Part shown: piece by piece, positions 1-13,865 of the stretch
Numbering within the stretch: position 1 is the stretch's first letter
Layout: the number at the start of each line of letters is the position of its first letter
DNA from: Paraphysomonas bandaiensis
Taxonomy: Eukaryota; Protista; Chrysophyceae
Assembly (NCBI GenBank): GCA_965644295.1
Contig: CBFFRP010000397.1
Span: 124,001 to 188,000 of the forward strand
Direction of reading: 5' to 3'
Length of the DNA: 64,000 nucleotides
Notes under the pieces: generated by a model
What the model was told of the DNA's origin: nothing
The model's input: the letters and a program-made list of their open reading frames with translations, nothing else
The model's database searches: none
Program-made: the position numbers and the translations under genes

Positions 1-205
1 TTCTAGCTTCAGATTAGCGGAGGCTGTGTAAAGCTATCACCTTACTATTTATTATTATACGACGATGGATTAAGAGCAAATCTCAAATATACACATATAT
101 CTATTCTCTGCTCGTACTATGAGAAAACCCATACAGAAAAACACCACGACATCGATACAATATAATGTATTCTGATCAATAGTGGCTTTAGAAGTGATGA
201 GAACA

Positions 206-2423
206 TTAGTGGATACTTAATCTGGAAATAGAAAGCAAGGAAGAGCGCTGAGCTTCATCCTCATCGTCAAATTCTCTCAGATCTGCATCAGTTTTATATT
301 CGTAACCCTCAGAGATGTAGTAAAAAATGACTTGGTTGATCACCATCAGGCCGGCAAGGAGAAAGAAATAGTAGTCCAAATGCCCATCATCAAGATTTTC
401 TGGAACCCATTCTTCACCAAATATCCCCGAATTGACGATGAGGAGCAGCGGTATCGTCAACCAGGACCCAAGAGCTGTCGTAAATAGATTCAGAGCCTGG
501 GAGACAGAGCGCATAGACGTCGGTGCCTGCGAGTAAAAGAACTCAAGAGATGTTATGGAAGCCAGTATCTCTGACACGCCAATAAGACAGAACTGAGGAA
601 TCTGAAAACAGTTGCATGAGCATACTACATATACATGTATCCAACACAAGAGTACACACACCTGCCAGAAAACGGAGATATGGCTCATCTGTGGGATGTC
701 GTCACACTTGATACACGTTAAATTCAGGTACATGTATGATCCACTGGGATAGTAATCATTGCACCCATTGATTTGGTGGCAGTTGAGTGGCTCATCCACG
801 TCTCCCTGCATATTTATGCGAGTGAATAAACACACCACAATATATCAGAAATATATCCTACCTTCCCTGCCTCCCATTTTTGGTATTGATAAGGATCATA
901 GTCGTCTATATTCTGACAAGGTGAGATGTTGTCTCTCGCACTCTTGTCATAGTAATCACCCTGCTCTGGGCTTTCTTTTAGGCGGTATATCTCGACAAGA
1001 GCCGCCACCACCATTGCAAGAGCAGCGAAGATGAAGCCCCACCCAATGCGATCCAACATACTGGCTTTAATTCCCCTATTCTTCAGAGCAGGGTATAGAT
1101 AGGAGTCAAATAGTGGTACTAAACACAGGATAGCTATGGTATCAAAGAGACTGAGAGCTGATACAGGAACTTTCACAGGACCAACACTCAGATCCATCTG
1201 ACAACCTTGGTTCTGAAAGGCAGTACTCATTTGACCATATATACCCCAGTACCCTATCAGTACACCAAGAAAAGGAAGAAGCCGAGTTACAAGTTTAACG
1301 GAGTCCACCTTGTTTTGAGAGTAGGAGCCGCCATACTTATCGCATGCTCGATCCAACACTACTCCCGTGCCAGTCTCAGCCCTACGATTTGTCCATATCG
1401 CTTCCCAGCATACCGCAAGCGTTGATCCCACAACACTTCCCTGAGGTTCAGACACCTTGTAACGAGGGGTTCCTGCTAGAAATATTAGGATAGCGAGCCC
1501 CATCATGATACAAGGTATCATGTATCCAACAAAGAACCCCCAGTTTTGTCCACCTAATTGCGGAATGCCATACTGACATATATAACTCACTAGAGTGTAT
1601 GATACGCCTGCACCAAGGTTGATAGACCAATAGAACCTGTCATCATGCGGGATGCATTACAATTACTGTATACAACAAAGGAAATAGGTACCAGTTGAAG
1701 AAAGACTCTTTCTCTAGACGATCCTGCTCGTAACGTTCGTCAAATTGATCTGCCCCCATAGTGCATACATTGGGTTTGATACCCCCGGTACCAATTGCAA
1801 TAATGTATATGGCAGGAAATATGATACCCGGGCTCGCCTCTCCAGGAATGCTGCCCAAAACCACAAGAACCAAACCAACCATGTAGATGGTACTGAAAAC
1901 AAGAATTGCTCGATATCTGCCCAAGTAGGTATCCGCGATATATCCGCCAACTAAGGGTGTAACGTAACATGCACCCGCCCACGCTGAGTACTACAATAAC
2001 ACAAAAATTATGTGTAGACTGAAGTAAAATTAATATAAGGACCTGTACGTCCGCATCTGCATTGGCCATATTCAGCTGTGTTTGAAAGAAAAGAACCAGA
2101 GATCCTGCAAACCCATAATATGCTAATCGCTCACAAAATTCTGTTACTATTATAAACCCCGCTGTCCCGGTAAGTACTGACTTCCTGCAACACAATGTGT
2201 GGTCAACTGACAACAAGTCAATAATAGTGTGTATACCTTGTGGCTGCATCAGGAGGATCAGGCAAAAACCCGCCATCCTAATTACAACAAATAAAATTAT
2301 TTGTAACACGTAAAATCAAATTGAAACCAATAAACTCACCCCACTGTGAGCATGTTTGAGCAATGAGGATATCTGGTTGCTTTGTCCATCCAAACTAGTT
2401 GATCCGTTAGCACTACGACTCAT
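206..2423 (-). CDS. POT/PTR family proton-dependent oligopeptide transporter (multi-exon)
   Basis: ExxERF-like motif EFCERLAYYG; GTGGIKPNV...GADQF; EFFYSQAPTSMRS. Spliced through GT-AG introns from the ATG at 2423 (MSRSANG). Confidence 0.93.
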
Positions 2424-2869
2424 TGCAATGCAATGCACTCCTTAACTAGTTATTTCTAAAAACTAACCAGTGAGGGTTCAAATTATTATCAACTGGGATA
2501 ATGTTTGCAATTGCAAGTATAGATTACCAAAATGTATCTATCTCTATGTATGGCTTAACTTCTTGTAGTCATATGATACCTACGAAGAGTACAGCAGTGC
2601 TGCTGTACAGCTGTACATATATGTGTGTGCCAGTATACTGTTGGAATTCCTACTCTTCTGTATTGAAGTACGCAGTTCAAATCGACAGTTTTTTGTACAC
2701 CGCACGCTGCTGTATGTGTACTGCTGTACGTACTCTCTCTTCTATATTTTTAGCCAGTTCCAGATTTTTCCGGATTTTTCACATATTATCACAGTTTTTT
2801 TACAGCATATTTTACAGATATTTACACCCAGAAGTGTACAGGATATCTGGACACTGTTTCCACTGTTCC

Positions 2870-3400
2870 AGTTGTTGATATCAATGACAACAACACTCTC
2901 CTTGAGTGTAATAGAGATCCCTGCCTCGATTTATTTGGTGAGATGCTTCATCTGCCTCCACGTAAATTGCATACGTAACTCAAGGATGAAACTAGCTCCC
3001 TGTTTACAGTTATGGTATCCGGTTGTGGGCATGGAAACACGTTGCGTTATCTGGAGACTCTTTGCTACTGTGCCATAATCTCAATCGATTACAGCCGTTC
3101 CTTCTATGATATCTCAGTATGTACTGTTGGACACAATGTAGTTTGCAGTGGTCACATCGAATAGTAAACGTGAGGTTAGTGTCATACAAATATCTTTCGA
3201 TGTCACCCGCTTCATACGCCTGCTGGTAGGAGATCAGATAAGATTTATATGATTCTAACGGTTGAAATGGTGCAGTGGCTTTGTCTGATCAGCGGCCTTC
3301 CATTTCTTACCTGTCAGAGTAAAACCTGTGATCGACCACCAGAAGAAGTTGGGCTTCAGCGTCATTCAGGGAAAATGGAATGTAACTGATGTTCCTCTTA
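2870..3400 (-). pseudogene. Degenerate gene fragment of unknown family
   Basis: Protein-like minus-strand translation (KRNISYIPFSLNDAEAQLLLVVDHRFYSD|ESYKSYLISYQQAYEAGDIERYLY) spans a GTAAG..TTAG intron and is followed by stops and frameshifts. Confidence 0.3.
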
Positions 3401-3969
3401 AATGAGTTTATGGTGTAGCGATTCATTCCTCCTGAGTGGTATTACCAAGGTGGCACGTTATATAGCGCTTGCTAAAATAAGAAGACCTTGTAACGTAGAG
3501 TCACACGTCTTTGCTGTATTTAGTTCAGCGTGTATTGACTTTCTTATTTGCTTTACGAATTCATACTATATTAGACAGTTGCATATTTTTTATAATACTA
3601 TCATACTGATGATTATTAGTTTTCATATTAGCTATCGTCATATCTGCGAATATATATTCGTGAAATTTAAGTTTACAAAGACAACGATAATTGAATAATA
3701 GAACAAATAGAAGCCTGAACTGAAGGATGGAAGCAGGAAATGTCATGTATTCTTTGCCTTGTGTAACATAAGCTGAAATCCAGACTTTGAGGTCTAAAAA
3801 TGAACTTCTCCGACTGTTTAATACTTGTTACGCCTTGTGATGAAATTTATATTTCATATTAGCATTCGAGAAGAATTTCATATCTATTCAGCTGAAACCA
3901 TATCTAAACCACGTACTAATTACCTCTACACTTTACACAAATTGTAGACCACTGCTGCTATTCTCGTCA

Positions 3970-5579
3970 TCATAAGGTATGATCAGCCAAGGCCCTGCCC
4001 GTTTCATCCCTGGCAGTGAATCTCGCTGCCACCCCCCCAACAAACATACACCCGCTAGTAACAAACAAGAGTAGTGGTACATTCTTTTCTAATGTACCAT
4101 TCACAAATTGGGCACATACCGCTCCAACCCGTCCAGACGCAGCCAGAACGCCCATTGCAGTGGTCCTCACTTCCGTTGGGAAGTTCTCCACAGACAGACA
4201 GTCGAGGGCGTTCCACCCAGCCACACTAAATGCATTGAACAGTGTCGCACAGAGGATGACTACAGGCGGGTGAGATGCTCCTTCCGCAAATCCAACAGCG
4301 CTGAAGGCTGCCAAAACCATTCCCCCCGTCAGTAACCTACGTCTCCCTATTCGATCCATATACACGATTGACACAAGATTTCCGGGAAGATTAGCAAGAG
4401 CGAATATGAAGGCACTGGCATAAACGTTACCCATACCAATATCTTCGAATAATACGGTGATCCAAGTGCTTAGTCCGTACGAACCGAAACTAAGAGTAAA
4501 CCATATAAGCATAATATTGACAGTTGTACGGATCAGCTCAGGTCGGAAGAGGTGTAAAATAGTCAATTCTTGTATACTGGTAATAGAAACACTGCTGCTG
4601 GAACTATTCGCACGCTTATCCACGCTATGCGATTGCGAGTACCTGTCAGCTTGCTCCAGGTTATGCGGGTATACTGCCATTCCTGACATGTCCGAAAGTA
4701 CTGCAGCCTATAGCGATAATCATATCAATATCAAAATTATTTGGTATTCACACACCGCCTCCTTAAATTTCCCCTTTCCCACAAGATATCGTGGAGACTC
4801 AGGCAGCACAAAAGTTGTAAGAATAAGTGCTATTATGGCTGGAAGAGAGCAAATTGCGGCAAACCATCTCCAACTAAGACCAGGCATTATCCGATGCCCT
4901 GAGAAGTCCTTCCCTAGCATAAGCCAGCCCGTTAACCCAGTGTATATCGCACCTACCATCCAAAACCTACAATATACAAGAAACATATACAGTAAGATAT
5001 AAAGAAGCATAGTATACACTGCTGTACGTACGAGGCAATGACGGACAGCATGCGGCCTCGTATACTTGACGGGAACACCTCGGCACCAAGAGTGAAGACG
5101 GATGGTACAGAACCACCGATCCCTATACCTCCAACTACACGGAATATAATCAACCAGGTGATGTTTGGCGCTGCTGCTGACGCAAGTCCAGCCAGTGCGT
5201 TTAGAAAAAGTGAATACTGCAGGCAAGGCTTGCGACCAATACGGTCACTGAGAATGCCACACAGAAGTCCACCAAGAAGCATTCCAATAAAAACTGCAGC
5301 ACTAAGTAGTTCTGTATATAAACAAGTGAGGTGAATGTATTATATACACACATGCACTCACCCTTGTCTCTAGTGGTGATACCATTCATTTCACTCATAA
5401 TATAACCCACACAGATAATCTCAACAGCATCTGCAGCATTCCCCATTGCCAGTGAAACAACATGTACAGTAGATTTTGTGGTTTTATCAATACATTGGTC
5501 TAAGACATCGTTACCAACCAGAGTAATCTGGAATTAGCGGCATCGCTTCATCAGATAAGATTGCGAGACTAGTGTCCAT
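3970..5579 (-). CDS. MFS transporter, SV2/SVOP-like (multi-exon; exact 5' end uncertain)
   Basis: Motif A in both halves (SDRIGRK, MDRIGRR), PESPRYL, and ENFPTEVRTTAMG. Confidence 0.9.
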
Positions 5580-6129
5580 TACAGATATAACACTGTTTAA
5601 TTGAACAATGAGTTAGTGAGAGAAAAAAGGTGATGTAGTAGTAATTCATGTGAGGAGATATAGTTCAATTGATTAGTTATTAACTATAGAGATATCCGCT
5701 TAGCATACTTGGATTGGAGGATTTCTTCCTGCATACATCCGGACATGTACCGGTGTACAGGTGTAGGATACGGCATAGGTGTACGTACTGTCAGTACTGC
5801 AGTAATGTATGTAGTGGTACATTTGTATATATACGTTTCTATGTTCATGTATGTAGGTATATTCCTACATATATGTACATATGTACTACTGTCGGTAGGT
5901 AGGTAGCTACTGCTATATATGTATACATACTCTGTACTCTATGGGCAGCTACATACATGTATGTTGTAACAGTTGGGTCTGGTCTGGTCTAGTCTGGTGT
6001 AACATTAATAGTAAATCAACTCCTCGTCATTGCATCGCTCTATCTCGAGGGAAATGAGATATACACTCTATCTCTAGACTACTTTGCTGACTCTATACTG
6101 TGTGTCAAACTAGTTTCCTGATAGTAATA

Positions 6130-8495
6130 ATGAACACAACAAACGATCAGCTGCAAGAGAAGAAAATAAATTTAGAGAATGAACTCAGACGAGTACAGAT
6201 CGAGCTTGTTGAAGTACTTAACTTAAATGATAATTTAACATTAGAAAATAAAGAAAAGGTATATTGTTTGATTATTAATATGTTTGTAATAAGGGCATTA
6301 GGATGACACGATTAGCCGTAAGGAGCAACAGTTAATGGAGCTAAAAGATAAGGATGCCCAAGATATTGAACAATTGAAAACGGTTAGAATGAATTCTGCT
6401 ACTACATTGTGCTTATATAATAATTGTTGATATAGGAGAGGAAGTGTATGGTTGATTATTATGAACACGAATTTGCCGTCTTGAATGATTCTATAAAGCG
6501 CATTGAACTCCTCCGGGACCGGTCAGTTTTGTTGTAAGTTTGATTATTCATTATAACTTATATACGCAGATACAATGCCCTTCTAGAGGAAAATGCAGTT
6601 ATACAATCATCCGTTGAGAGATTGAAAGAGCAGATGAGTGCAGAGGGCTTAGAGCACGGTTTGCAGATTCTGAATTGTATTTCTGTTTTCACATGCGTTT
6701 CGTGCAGCTAAGGAAGTTCATGAAACTAATGCCGGTATGCGTGTGATGCGTGAACAGATGGAAGCGACGTTTCGAAAGGAGTTGGTAAGTTTCGTTGACA
6801 GTCAATAGTTTTGTTTGAACTGAGCTTTGTGACGAAAAGGTGGAAATGGACTTGGTGTTTCAACGTCAAGCATTCACTGCAATGGATGACCACAAGAAAA
6901 AGGCTATGCTTGCCAACTCAAAATTGAAAGATGAGTTGGCTTTACAAAGTGTGGGAATATCCAATCTTAGCGTACGATGTGCCCGTGACAAACAGAGTTA
7001 TAAGTCTATTAAGCAAGACATGAAATTGATTGGTGAAAAGGTGCGCTTCTTATCCAGCAGAAATTACTTTTGATGTTTTTGATATGTGTAGGTTAAAAAC
7101 TTGCGTGCAAAGCTGACTTCCATTCAGCTGAAACGTTTGCAATTACATGAAGATATCAGGTGCGCTTTGGTAACCAACGTGGCTGTAAAGTCAGTCATAA
7201 TATGTATTCAGGCTGGCAGAGGAAAATCTACAGAAAATGAAACAGAAAGAGAGTCAACTTGAAGTCGATATAGAAAAGTGGCACGATATCGAAGTTCTGA
7301 ATAAAGCTAACGAACAGATTAAAGTTCTTCAAGATATTGAATCCCGTGAACTTAATACTTGGCGCGATCGTCTGAAACTCCTGGCAGAGCTGAATGATGC
7401 CTTACGCCCGCTGAAGGGTATTGAGCCAATGTCCGCTTCACAGTGCAGTGGACAACAGAGTACTGGCTCAAGTTTATCCACTCTAGCTCTTATCGAAGAG
7501 ATTAGGAACTCGCATGATTTAAAGCAAGCGTTAAGGCCGTTAGCAGGAAAAGAGTCGACGCTACTTCCTTCTAATGGCTCTGTGGCGATGTGCGTCAAGC
7601 AGGTATGGGCTTTGGAAAATGCACATATATACTGCATACATAATATGTTCTTTGGCATACCTCATACTTATTACTATGTGTGATGTAGCTGCTACAAGTT
7701 TTGAAATATACCCCGGGATGCGACGAATATCCAGATGGCACGAAGCCAAAATTGCCTTCTATTCTGTACGATGATATTTCCCTGTCCACAGAAGCAACAT
7801 TCTGCTCCCATGGCTTACTTCCCAATGATCTAGATATGATTCTGTATAGCGTTAATGAAGCTCTAAAGAGTCAGGATTTAAGTGTTTTTGAGAGTCAATC
7901 GAGTCCGACATCTCATAGTAATATTCCGAATAATGCGAGCACGGGAGTGTCAAGATCAGAGTCGTTGTCTCAGTTACTAGATGTGAACTTTAGTGATTCC
8001 ACTTCCGACACTGCCCAAGTGCGTGTGGAATCAACTACTGATAACGTCATTGCGAGTGAAAAGGACAGCAAAGCTCATAAAGACTACAATAAAAGCGCAT
8101 CAACTACTAATTTACCTCCGGCTTCGTGGATATCTGACCCCAAGCAGAGGAAGAAAAATAGCATAATTTTGAATAAGACGACTCCCAACAGACGTAATAT
8201 GCCATACACGAGAGCGCCTGCCAGTTCTACTGGGACTGTATCACTGGCTCTTCATGTGGACCCACCGACGAAAGAAGCTAAATGTGCTGGCTCTATTGAG
8301 TCGCTGTCATCGACTACTAAGCAGAGCTCTCCGCTTGCGGCACAGAAGTCGATGAAATTAAGAAGCAAGCATCAACAAAGCCAAAAGGTATTCTCTGTAA
8401 CTGCCGATCCCCTTTCTCGAAATTTTTCTAAAAGCAAAAATAGTAAGAGCTGTAATGATATTCGTCACCGATCACATAACAGTATAGGATATTGA
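6130..8495 (+). CDS. Long coiled-coil protein with low-complexity C-terminus, possibly CFAP157-like (multi-exon)
   Basis: E/K/L heptad-rich exons joined by short GT-AG introns. The segment AFTAMDDHKKKAMLANSKLKDELALQ resembles CFAP157 from memory, which is weak evidence. Confidence 0.6.
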
Positions 8496-9017
8496 CGAGT
8501 ATTGTGAAAATCTATGTATGTACTGTCTATGTTTGTATTGTTTACAAGCTGTTTATATTATTGAAATGGTTATGTTGTAATCACGATTATAAAACCAAAA
8601 TATTATGTTTTCGGTAGGATGTAGGATATAGCTGCGTTAAAACAACTTGGGTGATGGAAACATTTTCGGAGATACGATCGTGACATTTTAAGCATTGAAG
8701 AAATAATTACCAGCAATAGTGTGAATAATATAGTATAGCATATACGCATACACCTAGTTGAGCCAAATGAGATTCCAACAATCCTGGGGATAAGTTCAAT
8801 TGTTGCAGTTTGCAGTCTACTTTTCTTTAGAATTCATAGTTTCAATATTCACTCATAACTTGCTACGGTGGAGCATATAACTGAAGTCAATACTGTACTC
8901 CAGTTTTTGTAGCATGCTTTCACAAAAGGCTAACAACTAGCTCAATTGGTAGAAAAGACAGACACAGCCAACAGCCAGAGTCATTGAATTTAGTAGAGCA
9001 ATATAACTAATTAAGGA

Positions 9018-10045
9018 CTATATATTTTGATCAACATTCCACTCTTCATCTGCATCTACAACATCTTTGGGTTCAACATCTTCTCCGAACTGCACAGCAT
9101 GATCCGTATGTAACAGCACAGCATTCATACTGTCTTCGTCACTGATATCCATTGTTACGAATCCAACCATCATGTAGTCATCCACTACAGAGCCAATTGC
9201 ACGTGTTAGGTTCTGAAGTTTCCCATTTCCACTTAGAGTCATTCTATTCATAATCCAGGACGCACTTTCCGACTCTAGCACCTCCTGCAATGCCTCCTTG
9301 TCGGCAATGTCGCACTTTGTCACGACGTTGACATGGGGAAGACCCAGCTGAATCATGCACGATAGAGAAAGCATACACCCAGAGATGAATTTCTCAGGCT
9401 CCAAAACAAATAATGCATCTAACAAGTACACCACCACCATGCGGTAACCCCACATCTCCATTTGACGAATCAAATTGTGCATGATGGGCAGGTGAGAATA
9501 CAGTTCAATCTGACCAGGACAGTCCAGTATAAGATACTCGTCCTCACCGATATTCTCCAATTCATCTTGTAACCAATCACTGTTTTGTAGAAGATATCTA
9601 TGATGAGAAATACGTCAGGTACAGCATGCGGATAGTAATATTACATACTCCATGCAGTATACCAGCCCACCATTGGGACCAAAATTCAGCTCCTCCATAG
9701 CATCTTCTAATGATATGAGTTCCCTTATATCTATCGTATAAGTAAGCTATACGATTGTATAGAATATATATAAACAGGCTTACCAAAGAGAGGCTCATAC
9801 TCGAAGCACTCTGCTGCTGGGTCCAAGTTAGCAACATGCTACATCACCATTTAATGGTATACGTCATATAATACAACAAGAATACCATAGTTCTCTTTAT
9901 AGCCTTGCAATGCTCTTGAATGTTCTTACAATACGTGGATTTCCCTATAGCACATACAGTATATGAATATAGCGTCTATACATAGATATGGATCATGCGC
10001 ACCAGTGCCAGCTGGTCCAATAACAATTTGTATAAATTTTCCCAT
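9018..10045 (-). CDS. GPN3: GPN-loop GTPase 3
   Basis: Spliced GPAGTGKS P-loop, [23 protein letters not shown], and QFGEDVEPK tail; four introns. Confidence 0.95.
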
Positions 10046-10441
10046 ATTGTTTATATGTATAATTGATATAAACTATGAGACAACTGGTGCTGGAGTATAT
10101 GTATATATAGTGTACGTGTACATATATGTGTGTATGTTAAGAGTGTGATCATTGGCTGGGCTCTCTATCCATATACACATACATACACATACACATAAAG
10201 AAGGATTGTGGTGATGTATAGTCTCTAATGTATTCTATGTATTCCCAGTACAGTTTATTGCTAGAATGTTATGGTATATGTGAAGAAATAGACATCATCA
10301 TCAGCAGTCCCCACTATATATAGAACAACTCCAGAGAGGACACAGCAGCTCTCAAGCTCATCCTCATCGCTCAGTATTAACAACCCTCACATCTCACTTA
10401 TCACTCATATCTCACATATCTCATTGTATTATATAAAAAAT

Positions 10442-12040
10442 ATGCCAAGGGGAAGAAAAACTGTCCCAGATAATAAGAAACAATTAAAGAAACAAGCAGA
10501 TAAACTAGTATCTGAAGGAGTTAAGCTACTTGAGTCAATAGAAGAGAATGATATTACTCAGAAGGCACCAGTATATCTATCGGCTGAATCAAAGTTTTTA
10601 AAGGCTTTAGAAGTTATTCCTTTACATGCAGATGCTATGTATAATCTTGCATGGACTAAGTTAGAACGATATTCTGATGAGGTAGACAGCAATAAAAATC
10701 CCCTTCCCAGTGAATTTGAAATGGCTTTAGGAATTCTTAATGATGTGATATCGAATGATACTTCCCAACGTGGGGAGACTACTGGCCTTGCTCATAGGGC
10801 CATTGCTGTTTCTGTGCTGAAACATTTCGAGCTATATGTCAACGATGATAGCCCATTGGATATGTATGATGCACTGGTTGCTAGATCCCAACACCATATT
10901 TCGAGGGCAGCCACTATACTTGCAAATGCTCCTGAATTAGATTCATATATATTTGAGTACTGTGAGTTGCTCCATCCACTTTGGATAGCCCGCCTTTCCA
11001 AGTGTTCGACCTTCGAATCATGTCACTCCTTACTCGCGTACATTGCCGGACAACTGGAGGCTGCACTCCAAACGCAAACTAGTAGTGGAATAGATATGGA
11101 TGTGTACATGCTTTATGGGGAGTTCTTGACTGACTACGTTGAACATATAACTTCACATTGGGCTCCAGGTGCCGATCATGTGCCAACTGATGCAATGTTC
11201 CCAGTACTACACCAGCTTGAGATGGTGTCAGATGCGATATCGGCGCTGTCTCTGTCGGATATCGAAAATTCTTCAAGTATTGTAACCGATGATGAAAGCG
11301 GAATATCACCTGAAGACAGTATGCTTATGTCGGGTGATTTATTATCAGGTGCTGTGAATATTCATCGATATTTTCTTCTGTCTTCCACTTCGCCTCAGTC
11401 TGTGACGGATTTCTCCCGAATTTGTGTTAAACTCCTTTCGCTCCGAGAACTCGCACGGTGTAAGCTGCCTTCTTTTGTGACTTCAACAGCACTGGCATAC
11501 GATGTGATGCAGCTTGGAAACCTATTATCGGCCGATGCCATCAATACATCTGTTTTAGAGACGTTCAAGGAAGCGGTTCAAAGTGTTAGTCAAAGTTTGT
11601 TCTCAGGAGATATGGGACGCGTATGGGAGAATGAGTTCAGTGATACAGATATCCGTTTGTGGTTATATACTGTTTCAAGGCGACTATATGAAAGTGCCCT
11701 ATCCGCTCTTCCATGCAGCATGAATGGAGAGGAGTTAGTATCTCATTCGTGTGCAGATAAAGAAGACAGTGCTGATCATATGTCAGCTGCATTTTATAAT
11801 TTAGCTTGTGTTTGTTGGAAATTGGGGGATGAGTTTGCTTGCAAGGACAACCTGATGCAGTATCTGAAAATAGAACGTTACATAATACAATCAAAGCACT
11901 CAGGTTATCCGGAGGAAATGATTAAGTTATGGGAGGATTTGATTTTTAAATTGAAAGAAGATAGCGATTTGGATGGTATAAATAAGTGTGAATGGTTTTT
12001 GAGTAGTGTAGAGTTTACTACAAATGACACCTGTCGATAA
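10442..12040 (+). CDS. Hypothetical alpha-helical/TPR-like protein
   Basis: Intronless 532-aa ORF with TPR-like segments (FLKALEVIPLHADAMYNLAW; AFYNLACVCWKLG). Confidence 0.75.
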   Translation: MPRGRKTVPDNKKQLKKQADKLVSEGVKLLESIEENDITQKAPVYLSAESKFLKALEVIPLHADAMYNLAWTKLERYSDEVDSNKNPLPSEFEMALGILNDVISNDTSQRGETTGLAHRAIAVSVLKHFELYVNDDSPLDMYDALVARSQHHISRAATILANAPELDSYIFEYCELLHPLWIARLSKCSTFESCHSLLAYIAGQLEAALQTQTSSGIDMDVYMLYGEFLTDYVEHITSHWAPGADHVPTDAMFPVLHQLEMVSDAISALSLSDIENSSSIVTDDESGISPEDSMLMSGDLLSGAVNIHRYFLLSSTSPQSVTDFSRICVKLLSLRELARCKLPSFVTSTALAYDVMQLGNLLSADAINTSVLETFKEAVQSVSQSLFSGDMGRVWENEFSDTDIRLWLYTVSRRLYESALSALPCSMNGEELVSHSCADKEDSADHMSAAFYNLACVCWKLGDEFACKDNLMQYLKIERYIIQSKHSGYPEEMIKLWEDLIFKLKEDSDLDGINKCEWFLSSVEFTTNDTCR

Positions 12041-12559
12041 TGTCTAGATAATAATAAGCTATGAAATGATATTAATACTTGTTGTCTAGTGTTGCGTAAG
12101 TAGAAGGACACTTCTGAATAAATGATTAATGTCGAATTTACATATATATTATATATTTATTGTACATGTATTTGCATCAAGTTTGGAAATGCAGTAGCAT
12201 TTTCTCTGTTGGAAAACGTATGCTCCCCTACGATAGAACTGTAATATTTTTTAAATAGTAAATACAATGTGAAAAACTGTATAACCATATAACGTGTATA
12301 GCCATATAATGACTTTATTTTCTGTCTTTGACTTAGTATCTTCAAAATACCAGCTCACAAAAAAAAACGAGGGGCCGCTTATATTTTTATCTTTACTTAT
12401 AGTATCAACATATTTATTATTAGAAAGAAATTAATTTATTCAGTTATATCTAAATTCTCGACTCCATAGTCTTCACTAAACTGATTGACATATTATATGC
12501 AAGGATACAATGCTTTGATACATATGACTCTAAAAGGATATTAGCTTCAAGCGCCCAAA

Positions 12560-13202
12560 TTATTCTCCGTCGGTATCAACGATACACTTGTTCACTACAC
12601 CTAAAAGATGAGAGTTTTCCAACGCCGCTGCAACTCTTTCTTTGTCATTCAGCTGCTTGTTCACTAGCGAAGGAAATTACAAAACAGCATGCGCCAGTAT
12701 AATATAGCATCTAACTTACCAGCATCCTCAGATTGGTGGGTACCAGGTGTGATTAATATTGTAACTTTATACTTCTTGGACAAAGACCTCAAAAGTTTTA
12801 CACGAATACATAAACCGATGAGTGTAGCCATGCTGCAGTGAGGAATTGTCGGTGTAAAGTTTATAACAACAGATTTCATTTGTTCATCGACAGTGATGTT
12901 TTCCACCTTAAAAATCAATTAGAATAACACACGACTATAATGATGAAATAACATACAGAAACAACTTTCAACTGCTCTAGAGTCAATGGATGCTCTGGAT
13001 CATTAAGGTGCCTGATGTGATCTAATATATACATGACATAACATTCATAATACTATATACTCTACTAACCGAATATTTCATCTGGTGTAATATGCTCTCT
13101 CTCCTCTTCATCATCATATTCAAAGCTATCATCATCTCTTTTATCTGCTTTAATCTCATATACAACTGGATTCGCATTAATCAGTGGTGCGGATGTGTCC
13201 AT
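12560..13202 (-). CDS. CIAO2B: Cytosolic Fe-S assembly component MIP18/FAM96B
   Basis: [54 protein letters not shown]; three introns. Confidence 0.95.
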
Positions 13203-13865
13203 AGTATCAGATGGTCTGATTATAAGAATGAAAAGTGTTAGAAGTAGAGTAGTCAGGTGGAATAAGGTGGTTTTGATTGAAGGGTTATTCCACTGTACAA
13301 CAATAGAAGGTCCACAAGAAATGTTTCCTCTCTCTCTCTATATATATATGTATATATATTCAGAAGGAGAATGTACAGGCAGCAGTGTGTATGGATGGTC
13401 ACACACATACCAATACCATATTCTGCAGGAGTACATGTACACACCTACAGCAGTACAAGTGTACATCAGTACATATACATACAGCAGTACATGAACCTAC
13501 ATATAACATACAGAGCACTGTCCATGTACATACAGAGAGTACAAACATACGTGTGTACATGTATATATGTCCGTTTTTCTCAACATTTTTTTGTTATGTA
13601 GATATACGTGTATGATATCTGACACTTTAAAGTAGCACACACTCTAATTACGTTATAAGTGGACCTTATCACTGCTTTATTCTGTCAACGACAAGTGTTT
13701 CTCTCTTCACTACAATTCAGAGTTCAGTGTGAAGATATTTCATGTGTCTGTGACTGTAGTTGAGCTATCAATCATTATATATACGTATATAATGCTATAC
13801 AACTATAAACAATAACATAATTAAATGATACATCACTATTATCTATAGCGGTGTTGTAGTTCATT

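Noticed and set aside
8938-8953. tRNA A-box-like TAGCTCAATTGGTAGA
   Set aside because: No B-box (GTTCRA) or cloverleaf follows.
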